Assembly (NCBI GenBank): GCA_002269645.1
Contig: NIVC01001981.1
Coordinates: 152,361 to 216,360, forward strand
Direction of reading: 5' to 3'
Source of the DNA: Macrostomum lignano
Lineage: Eukaryota
Length of the DNA: 64,000 bases
The notes under the pieces are model-generated. The model made no database searches, was not told the origin of the DNA, and worked only from the letters and a program-made list of their open reading frames with translations. Positions 1-10,544 of the stretch are shown here, in pieces (the stretch's first letter is position 1; the number at the start of each line of letters is the position of its first letter). The position numbers and the translations under genes were made by a program.

Positions 1-192
1 GCAACCAAGCAACCCAAAACACCTGAGGAGCTGACAGGGTGGCAACCAAGCAACCCAAAACACCTGAGCAGCTGACAGGGTGGCAACCAAGCAACCCAAA
101 ACACCCGAGGTGGCAACCAAGCAACCCCAAACACCTGAGCAGCTGACAGGGTGGCAACCAAGCAATCCAAAACACCTGAGGATCTGACAGGC
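1..192. repeat. 41-bp minisatellite in CTR9 intron 4
   Basis: Tandem unit GCAACCAAGCAACCCAAAACACCTGAGGAGCTGACAGGGTG, about 4.5 copies (one shortened), cut by the window edge. Confidence 0.95.
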
Positions 193-225
193 CTAGAACA
201 TAGACTGTAATAGTACGATTCCAAC

Positions 226-712
226 CTGTTGGTAGCACTGTATAGCCTCCTGATGACTGCCATTCTGGAAGAGCAGAGAAGCCATATTATTGAGTATCTC
301 AGGCGGCAGATCCACCTGCACCTGCTCCTGCAGCAGTTTCACGGCAGTCTTGTAGGCAGCGAGAGCCTCCTGCGGTTGAGGCTGCTCAAGAATCTGGCCA
401 TACTCAATCCAGGCTTCCACATCGTCAGGAAACTGATCCGTAACCTGCTTGAGGTAGTTCCTAGCCAATGTTCGCTTAGCCTGATCCTTGCTCTGACTGT
501 AGATGCTGCCAAGAATTTTCAGCGTCTCATAGTTGCTAGGCGACGCTTTGAGCACTTTTTCAAATGCAAGAGCGGCATTGTCCTGATCCCGACGGTACAG
601 GTACATTTGGCCAAGGCCGAAGAATGGCAGAATGAAGGTTGGGGACGCGAACTGGGTGCTCTGATAGTAGTATTGAAAGGCCTGGTCAAAGTCGCCCTGT
701 ACGTGGTAGGCT
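226..712 (-). CDS. CTR9: CTR9 (PAF1 complex TPR subunit) coding exon 4; gene continues beyond position 1
   Basis: [37 protein letters not shown]...PPEILNN matches the CTR9 TPR region. Acceptor TCCAG before 712 and donor GTTGGA at 225. The phase-2 junction AG+A rebuilds QLAR-AYH. Confidence 0.96.
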
Positions 713-779
713 CTGGAGTAGTTGGTGGGTTGTTTTGTATTGAAATACACTTTTTATTGTCATCGATTTTTTTTAAATG

Positions 780-1525
780 AGGATCATTATTTAACAACCT
801 AATGATCCCAAAATGAGAATTTCATTTAGGCATAAGTTTATTTCGAGATGGGGATCAAACCAATAAGCGTCGAAGTTATCCCAAAATGAGGATCATTAAC
901 TGACCATCGATTTTATCCCCCAAAATGAGGATCATTAACTGACCATCGATTTTATCCCCCAAAATGAGGATCATTAACTGAGCATCGATTTTATCCCCCA
1001 AAATGAGGATCATTAACTGAGCATCGATTTTATCCCCCAAAATGAGGATCATTAACTGACCATCGATTTTATCCCCCAAAATGAGGATCATTAACTGAGC
1101 ATCGATTTTATCCCCAAAATGAGGATCATTAACTGAGCATCGATTTTATCCCCCAAAATGAGGATCATTAACTGAGCATCGATTTTATCCCCAAAATGAG
1201 GATCATTAACTGAGCATCGATTTTATCCCCAAAATGAGGACCATTAACTGAGCATCGATTTTATCCCCCAAAATGAGGATCATTAACTGACCATCGATTT
1301 TATCCCCCAAAATGAGGATCATTAACTGAGCATCGATTTTATCCCCCAAAATGAGGATCATTAACTGAGCATTGATTTTATCCCAAAATGAGGATCATTA
1401 ACTGACCATCGATTTTATCCCAAAATGAGGATCATTAACTGAGCATCGATTTTTATCCCAAAATGAGGATCATTAACTGAGCATCGATTTTTATCCCAAA
1501 ATGAGGATCATTAACTGAGCATTGA
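780..1525. repeat. 37-39-bp minisatellite filling CTR9 intron 3
   Basis: Unit CCCCCAAAATGAGGATCATTAACTGAGCATCGATTTTAT, about 17 regular copies from 879 plus degenerate copies to the left. Confidence 0.95.
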
Positions 1526-1537
1526 ATTTGCCCCAAC

Positions 1538-1905
1538 CTGGCCAGCTGGAAGCAGCTCTCAGCTCGCATAGCCTCATTATCGGTGTTGTGAAAGGCGTGC
1601 AAAGCGAGGCTCTGCACCTTGGCGTACTCCTTCTTGTAGAAGAAATGATTAGCCAGGTGGTTCAGCACCATGCTGTTGGTGGGGTCGATCCGATAGGCTC
1701 TGGACAGGTGCTCCACGCCTTTGCGAATCGATTCGGGCGACTTCTCATTCAACTCGGTGATGGCCACGCCGACAAGGGCGCCCACGCAGTCCGGATCGAG
1801 CGACAGGGCGCGCTGGAAGGCGGCTTTGGCGCGGTCGGTTTTGCCCAGGCGGGCGTAGCAGTGGCCGAGGCCCAGGCGGACATCGGCTGGACAGGTGGGG
1901 CACAC
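1538..1905 (-). CDS. CTR9: CTR9 coding exon 3
   Basis: [17 protein letters not shown]...[27 protein letters not shown]...AESCFQLAR. Acceptor CCCAG and donor GTTGGG; 368 bp, phase 0 to 2. Confidence 0.96.
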
Positions 1906-1954
1906 CTGGGCGGAAGGGGATTGGGGAGTTTATATGTAGCTAATGTATAAATAT

Positions 1955-2310
1955 TTCAGCCTGTGAGTTTATCAGTCTATCAAATCTGTGATCAACCTAT
2001 CAATCCATCAACTTGCGAATCCATCAATTTATCAACCTGTGAGTCTATCAATCTATTAACATGTGAGTCAATCAATCTATCAACCTGTGTCTATCAGTGT
2101 ATCAACCTGTGAGTCTATCAATCAATTAACATGTGAGTCTATCAATCTATCAACCTGTGTCTATCAGTGTATCAACCTGTGAGTCTATCAATCAATTAAC
2201 ATGTGAGGCTATCAATCTATCAATTTGCAAGTCCATCAATCTATCAATTTGCAAGTCCATCAATCTATCAACTTGTGAGTCTATTAGTCTATTAATCTAT
2301 AGATTCAGTC
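1955..2310. repeat. Degenerate ~20-24-bp minisatellite in CTR9 intron 2
   Basis: Recurring ATCAATCTATCAACCTGTGAGTCT variants. Confidence 0.85.
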
Positions 2311-2374
2311 TATCAATTCTCAAAATTTTAGTTTTCGAAAACTCGAGAACTGAGCTCAGTCCATCCAGCCTCAC

Positions 2375-2611
2375 CTGCAGCGCCTTGGTGTACAGACCCA
2401 AGGCCTCCTTATACCGACGCTGATTAAAGGCGATGCAAGCTTCGCCAAGAATAGCCGGGACATTGTCAGACACCTGGTTGAGCACGTATTTAAACTGCTG
2501 CTCAGCTTGGCTAACATTCTCACCCTCGTACAGAAAAAAGAATGCCCGACCGAACAGATGCCGAACGTCCATCATGTTGATGCGATCGGCGCTTGTGTAG
2601 AGCACAGTGGC
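2375..2611 (-). CDS. CTR9: CTR9 coding exon 2
   Basis: ATVLYTSADRINMMDVRHLFGRAFFFLYEG...GEACIAFNQRRYKEALGLYTKALQ. Acceptor AACAG and donor GTGAGG; 237 bp, phase 0 to 0. Confidence 0.96.
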
Positions 2612-2859
2612 CTGTTGTTATGGGGTGGGAAATATTTAACACGAGATAAAAGGTATATTTAGTAGATAACACTATCAACATAATAGCTACTTATGTTTAG
2701 AAGTTCACACGTCTGATTCCATCACTGCCTAACACATTTACCCTGTTCAGCAGATCACATATTTGTTTAATACATTAACAAATCTAAATAGTCAAGTCTA
2801 ACAGGTTTTGTATAACTATATTTAACAGTTCAAGCAGTTGCCTAAAAGATCACAACCCA

Positions 2860-3660
2860 TATCTAACAGAACAAACGTCCCCGTATCTAACAGGTTAAAT
2901 CCTCATATATAACAGGACACACACCATATCTAACAGGACACACTCCCATCTCTAACAGGACACACTCCCATCTCTAACAGGACACACCATATCTAACAGG
3001 ACACACACCATATCTAACAGGACACACTCCCATCTCTAACAGGACACACCATATCTAACAGGACACACTCCCATCTCTAACAGGACACACTCCCATCTCT
3101 AACAGGACACACCATATCTAACAGGACACACTCCCATCTCTAACAGGACACACTCCCATCTCTAACAGGACACACTCCCATCTCTAACAGGACACACCAT
3201 ATCTAACAGGACACACTCCCATCTCTAACAGGACACACACCATATCTAACAGGAGACACACCATATCTAACAGGACACACATCCATATCTAACAGGACAC
3301 ACATCCATATCTAACAGATCCATATCTAACAGGTCACGAAACCAATATCTAACAGGTCACGAAACCAATATCTAACAGGTCACGAAACCAATATCTAACA
3401 GGTCACGAACCAATATCTAACAGGTCACGAAACCAATATCCAACAGGTTACGAAACCAACATCTAACAGGTCACGAACCAATATCTAACAGGTCACGAAA
3501 CCAATATCCAACAGGTTACGAAACCAACATCTAACAGGTCACGAACCAATATCTAACAGGTCACGAAACCAATATCCAACAGGTTACGAAACCAACATCT
3601 AACAGGTCACGAACCAATATCTAACAGGTCACGAAACCAATATCTAATAGGTAACACGCC
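2860..3660. repeat. Bipartite minisatellite in CTR9 intron 1
   Basis: A 20-22-bp CCATATCTAACAGGACACAC block is followed by a 22-23-bp CCAATATCTAACAGGTCACGAAA block. Both share the core TCTAACAGG. Confidence 0.92.
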
Positions 3661-3795
3661 AATCGTCAAGCAGATTACACACTTTTCTAACAAGTTATTA
3701 TCTAGCTTGATACTTGCATAATGGTTAAAAGTTTGTCTAACAGTTCTCATACTAAACAGAGACGACACCGCAACTGTTCCAGATCTTGATCTCAC

Positions 3796-4131
3796 CTTAG
3801 TAAACAGCTCCCGTTTTAAATCGCGGTTTTTTTCCCTGTGCGCACGTTGAACATAGTAAGCGGCCAGTGAATCGTAACAGCGCATTTGATCTTCTTCAAC
3901 ATCAGCATAGTCTGTGCTAGCCTCAGTGCGAGCTGCATCAAGGATGGTCTCAAACTGGGCATACTCGGCTTTCTTATAATACTCCAGTGCTAGGTTAACC
4001 CACACATTGAGTGCCGCAGTTTCCTGGCGTAGGATGGTGAGCACTTCCTCAGCTGAAGGCAGCTGATCTACATCAAGTTCAATCACTTCATCTGTGTCCT
4101 TCAGTGGAATCTCGATTGTTTTTGAGGCCAT
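3796..4131 (-). CDS. CTR9: CTR9 coding exon 1
   Basis: MASKTIEIPLKDTDEVIELDVDQLP...VWVNLALEYY is the characteristic CTR9 N-terminus. Donor GTGAGA at 3795. Confidence 0.97.
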
Positions 4132-5362
4132 GATGGAATTGGCACTGCAAGAAAATTCAATTCAATTATGAGACATTTCTTTCCTGATTTGCAACTGATT
4201 AGAAAAACTGAATTTATTCAACTTGATTTGTTAGTTTGTAAAATTAGCTCAGATAGCAAATGCAGCCTTATGTCAGTAGCTTATCTTATTATAAAATGGA
4301 AAGGCTCGAATTTACACTTGCTATGAAATCATATTGAGGATAAATAAGGCATAACAACACAATGACATAGCATGCATAACATGGCATTCAAAGCAGGTGC
4401 ATACATTCATTAAGATAGGCAAAATAATTGAAAAAAGACACACACATGCAAGTCGCTATTGGCTGAGAGCAGTCACGCGACTACTATTCTGTTCAATAGC
4501 AACTTACATGGGTGTGTTGCCAATAGAAATGGCCAGGTAAATCCCTAGGTTGCACCCAAGCATGGAATCAAGGGTAAGGCTAAGTGAGTAGCACAACCTT
4601 TTGATTTATAAACTTCAAGGCCCTGGCCTAACTATATAAATAAATGAGGATACAATTGTATTAAATAAGAATTATAATGACTAAAATAACTAATTTTTAT
4701 ACTATTAGTGCATTAGACTTATCCAATAAGCTTAACTTTGATTTACTATATTAAGATAAAACCAGCAAATATTTTATATAGAGCTACCTCTTATCTGGAT
4801 ATTTATCTCAAAATCTAATTGCCTAATGTATTAGACTTAGTAGGGATATTGATTAGCAAAGTCTAAGAAATTGTAAATTAAATTTAATAGAAATTGTAAT
4901 GCTTAAACTATTATCAAACAAAGATAATTTTTGTAAGTTTCTAGTTAGCTATTAACTAAGAAGTTATGTCGTCAATATTTACCACTTTGTTTTAGCAATA
5001 AAGTCTTAATAGAAGAAAAAAATTTATACTAGTATATTAAACCTATATAAATATTTATTATAATAACCATAAAACCAAGTGTTTTCATAAAAAGCTTTTA
5101 TAGTTATAACAAAAGTTGTTATATATCTTATCTTCACTGATAAAAATAGAAAACAAGTTGATTAGAATATTGAACAGGTCCCTACTATCCTTTTTACTAT
5201 TTTTACTTATTTTCTTATTTCACTTAATAGACAAAGTAGCAATAGACAAAACAACTATACTTATAGATAAATTGAATTAATTTTTTATCTTAAATTAGGA
5301 TGAAACTTTTAGAGAGAATTTTGTAAATTAAAAATTTTTTTTTTAAATATTCTTATTATAGG

Positions 5363-6034
5363 CCCTATTGGAATAAGTTTTAAAAACCCGCGGACGCGCA
5401 ACATGGATGCCAAAATTGTGCCCTCAAAAGCGCGACGCGACACCAAATTTTGTTGACTGTGGGGCGGCAACGCGCAACACAACACCGATGTCTGTTGACT
5501 GAATGACCGGGGGGGGGGGAGGTCGCCACAGCAGCCACGTTGCAATTGACAATTCCCGTTCTGCTGTTCACTCCCGACACTGAAAACATGGGGCGAGGGA
5601 CGAGAGTATTCCTTTCAATTTCGCAGAAAAAGAAAAGAAATTTAAAAACAATAAACAGTAAAATAACAAAGGTACAACACTTAGAAAAACAGCGCACGCA
5701 TTGTAACTAACAAGTAACATTTCTAAAAATTATATTTGAAGTATTAGTTACTTTACTGTCAAAATAAAAAAGAACAATTCAAGAACTTGTTATTATCAAA
5801 CATGTTTGAAACATTTAAATACTGAGAAACAACCGTGAACATATTACAATGAAACACAGTTTGCAAGGTTTTGGCTACAGGTCCAGGCCGCAACGCGACA
5901 CATGACGACACCAGGTTTCCAGTGTCGCGCGACGCAACACACCACTTGACACCACTGTCGCGCGACGCAACACCAGGAGAATCCGAAAATGCGACGGACA
6001 GTCGTCCGCGTTTTGTCAACTTATTCCAATAGGG
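5363..6034. mobile_element. 672-bp non-autonomous DNA transposon (MITE) with 8-bp TSD
   Basis: Terminal inverted repeat (TIR) CCCTATTGGAATAAGTT / AACTTATTCCAATAGGG, extending imperfectly to about 33 bp. Perfect TSD ATTATAGG at 5355-5362 and 6035-6042. CpG-rich subterminal CGCGAC motifs. Confidence 0.9.
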
Positions 6035-8965
6035 ATTATAGGCTTATTGATAGTACTGCAATCAAAATATAACAATGGCAGACAAAATGTTTTCTTGACT
6101 TTGGCTAGGAAGGATTTTAATTTCTAATGAGATTTTGAAAGTTATTGTTCTTTCTATTAAATAAATCTTATTTGATTATAAGAAACCATAAAAATGTCTT
6201 CTTTTTGAAAATTAGTTAAGTAATAAAGTTACAAAACTTTTTGTATCTTAAGTTTTAATATTGTTATAATGTATTTTGACTTATTATTAGGCACTATAAT
6301 GATATATAATAATTTTTTGCTTAAAAATTTTATCATTTACTAATTTTTAGCCAATAATACAACCAGTATCAAGATTTTGTACTGGTATAGGCCTATACTA
6401 AAAGAAAATTAGCTTCCATAGTAGTAGTACACAGATTTTTTTATTTTTGCAAAAAGATAGTGAATTAGTGCATTGATGAAAATTTAGCTAAGCCTATTCT
6501 ATCTATGAATGTGGAGACTATACTAAACTTTAACTTGGTCATTTTTATATACCAACTATATTCCTTGGTTAGGACTTAGAACAATTAGTCCCACCTACTA
6601 TCTTGGCAATCTTTGTATGCCAAGCTTGTATACCAAAGGAAATACCAATTTGTATACAAATAAAGTATATGCTAGATCCCACCTATACATAGGAATTTGC
6701 TAGCATTATATATAGCCCTTTAGAGTCTAATCAGTCTAAAAATATAAGATATATAAGAATTTTTTGTTATATGATCCCTTTGCATTTAGCCTATGTATTG
6801 CCATTGATTTGTTATGCAATCCCCTATATTGCACTGTTTCATTATATGATTTCCTTTAAGAAAGTCAAGGCAATATCAGTTTTCACTTTGTTATACCTAT
6901 ACCATTATGAAAAACAGATACTACATTCAATATATTTGTACATTTTAATAAGAAGCCACACTAAATTAACTTATAATACAATCCCTCAAATGGTGAATTT
7001 GCTTATATTTGTTTTGGGAGGTTGATTAATGAAAATAAGGGGTGTTTCTGTTGAAATCATTTCAATAGCAATTTTATACTAGGCCTATGTTCTATGTAGA
7101 TTGTATTATAAAAGGCTATAACAAATACTTATTTCCAACAATTATAACAAGTTTGTTTTTCTGCATGTTTTTATGCGGAATATAAACTATATATACCCCT
7201 CCCTTATTTTTTATCTAATCCCTCAATACCATAGGCCTAGCCTGGCTGGATCATGTAGAGGTAGAGGTCAGATGGGATTGAAATCTTTGGGTGGGATCGG
7301 GATTGGGAATAATTTTTTTCTTGAGATCGGGATTGAGATTGGGATTTAGGAATTGGGATCAAGTTTTTTAGTGCATTGTAGCTTGTAGGTCCATATAAAG
7401 TTAAACAAAATTGAGCTAAAAATGTCAAGATCAAAAAGTAGAATACAACAAAATTGATGCAAAGTTTTATAACCAACAAATTAATAATATAAGTAGGCCC
7501 TATAAGGTAAAACAAAATACATTCAAATAATCACTAATTCTATAAATTTTAATCAAAAGACCTGTTCCCAATTCTTGTGTTTTTTAGGGTCAAGATTCTA
7601 GTCCCGTGGCTGTGGTGGTCTTGGTGTGTGGCGGTCTTAGTCATGCGCCGAATCCAATTTTCCTCGGGATCCTGTCCGACCTCTAGAGTATAGGATCATG
7701 CTGGGTGCACACTGCACACCAATTACCATGTATAAAAATTGAAGTTACAAATGCATACCAAAAATTTAAGTGCACACCCATATTCTCAAATCTAGGCCAG
7801 TGTTTCAACTATAAATGACCTTTTTTGCGTTGTGTAAAGCATCCTTTTTGGGCTGATAATTTGGTTGATTAGGCCTATTTATCTTTCTTGCCTAGTATAC
7901 TATTTACCGTGGAAAATTAGGGGGCCTAATATACACAAAAATGTTTAAATGTTTTATTATGAGCTTAAAAACAGGAAAGCTTGAAATTTATGTTTAAAAA
8001 TGAAGTTTTTAATCTTTTTTTAACTTAGCACTAACTTTTCTGCATGATTCTATGAAGTGCATACTAGTCCGGGCCTAGCCTAGGTATGCTGCGCTGCGAC
8101 GCTGCGTGCATGCATACTATTTTCTTAGGAGTCAGACACACCAAATGTGCATGCCTAACTTTTGCCTAACAATTTATTCTATCCAGTGATAACGAAATTA
8201 TTAATTAATACTGTTTCCAACGTCTGTCGATTTGACGATTTATCACTCATCTGCCGTTGTTTTTTTTTAACTCGCGCTTGCGCTCAATACTACAATAAAT
8301 CGAACTAAAAACCAATTTGAATTATATTTATTTCTGAAATAGATAAACAAAAGTTTATAACGCAGTAAGGAAACAAAAACAACAAGATTGATGTAATAGA
8401 CATTGTTTAAAATATCCACTATGCAACAAAAAAGTTAAATCAAAACTCTGCGATCAATGACTACTGCAGTGTTGCTGACGCTGTATGCAAGGCCCCATCG
8501 GTGCTTGTCGAGGTGTCTCTGCTGCATGGCTGGTTCAAGTTTTTGCTGTTGAGATAGAAGTTAAAATACTTTAAGCTAAAATTTTCGTTGGATTACTATA
8601 CTGATTACAAATTTAATCTTCAGCATTTAGCAACTCGATCAGATAAATTTGTGAATCCTCGGAACTGCAATTACGCCATAAGACTAGTGGACTTTATAAA
8701 AATTAGCTCGTAATGAGCTAGCAGTAGCTCGTATATACGTCGTAGTTTAAAATTACGCGTAATTCCATTTGGGATGGGAATGAGAAATGTGTGAATGGGA
8801 ATGGAAAATGGGAAATATTATACATTTAAACTTATACAATTACAATATTTTAATTGACTGTTTACTCCCATATTCGAAAATGTGATAGGGGTGAGCTTCC
8901 CTCTATTAATATCTCACTAATTAGCCACCAAAGTTGTAACAGGCGTGATTGCTCTCACTGAAATT

Positions 8966-10063
8966 ATCCCACCACTGACACCAAAGTCTTTATAAAATAA
9001 TCTCGTGCAATGCCACCAGCTGTTACAGGGCTAATTCTACATAATTTAATTAATGTATTTTTACACGAATGTACGTGTACTTATACCTTTTGGTAGCGTG
9101 ACTACTCCTCTATCTACTTCTATATGGTAGCGTCTACTTCTTATTGGTAGCGTCTGTACAAGTACTGTACTCTTTGGCCTGAGCGGTCTAATGGCACTGT
9201 ATACTCTATTACTCCTATAAGTTTTCTCTCAGTCCTGGGCGTTCCCTAGATCAGAGGGTCACAGCCTTATGCGTTTTCCCTGCCCTGAGGCGCTTTTCCT
9301 GCCCCGAGGCGATCTTACTACTACTCTATATAGTGCTTTCCTGCCCTGAGCTAGGCAATTCTCGCTTTTAGCGGTTTCTGATGATACTCCCAACAAGGGG
9401 CTTAATACTATAGAAATGAATAAGCCAAGTAAGAATGCTTAGGATTTTTATTGAGCGGACTAATTGTCACGATCTTAGTTGAGCAAGCGAGCGGTTGCTT
9501 TTCCTGGCCCATTCTGGGCTCCTATTTATACCAATCAGACAATATTGTATTATAATAACAAACTTTTTAATTTTGTAGAATATTATTCGAGTGCACAACA
9601 ACACTTAAACAAAATTATTACTATTTGGCGGACGTTTGAAAGTATTTTCTAAGAAAGAAAGTCGTGTGACGAATAAGGCGAATAAGACGGATTTGTGTTG
9701 CGGTTAATTTAGATAGTTCACGATTAGTTAGCAGATCGGCAAGCCGCTTTAACCCTTAGACTTTTGCTAGTGCTACTTAAAATTGCTGGATCACTTAATT
9801 AACTAATTGGTGTGCCAAGGTAGACGGCGGAAGAGTTGGTGTAAGGAGGCCAGACAGCGTCACAGCTAACTAGCGAGCCTAGGTCGAGAAGCGAAGCAAG
9901 GGGAAGAACGATCAAGCGGCCACTGACTGTAGTGTAAGCATATATTTAAAGGTAAACAGATAACAACAACACTCTTAATCCAAAACCCAGGCAAACAACC
10001 CCCCACGCGGCGCGCAATGTACATGTACAAATTAATCGATAAATATATCATGCAAGAATAACA
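8966..10063 (-). mobile_element. LTR retrotransposon 5' LTR plus tRNA-Leu primer-binding site; internal region missing
   Basis: Minus strand starts TGTTA at 10063 and ends TAACA at 9021, with TATAAATA and AATAAA motifs inside. TGGTGTCAGTGGTGGGAT at 8983-8966 resembles the complement of a tRNA-Leu 3' end. No gag or pol follows. Confidence 0.65.
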
Positions 10064-10544
10064 TACGTCAGTACATGTACATAAGTAGAACTACTTTACG
10101 ACAAATAATAACGATATGAATGAAATACAAATAGTAGAATAAGTACATACGAGGCTACAAAAACAAAGCAATTAACAGTAAAAATAGCGCGATAATTATA
10201 CGTACGAATATTGTTAAAATAAATGAAAGAATACAGTAGTCAGTAGTAGTACGGTATGCATATGAAAATAAAGAAATACGATACACGCTTCTACGAATCA
10301 CACTGTCACAGTCGTACACGTAGCAAAAAAATCTATATTATAAAGGCTAGATATACTACACTGTTTCAATTATAGCCACTAATACATGTAAAAACGCACC
10401 AAAAAGCAAGGCTTTCAATTATTCATTAAGACTCATTATTTGTTTCAATTAGTTTTCATTTTTTTATTTAAAATTTCAATGGATGAGCTGTGGCTTAATT
10501 AAAGCTAGCTATTAAGCTAAACAGTAATTAACAGTCCCTAAAGT

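Noticed and set aside
229-1950. Plus-strand ORFs 229-780 and 1522-1950
   Set aside because: Antisense shadows of CTR9 exons.
8936-9026. 91-bp element with TGTAACAG/CTGTTACA inverted ends
   Set aside because: No TSD; better explained by the LTR-end/PBS reiteration.
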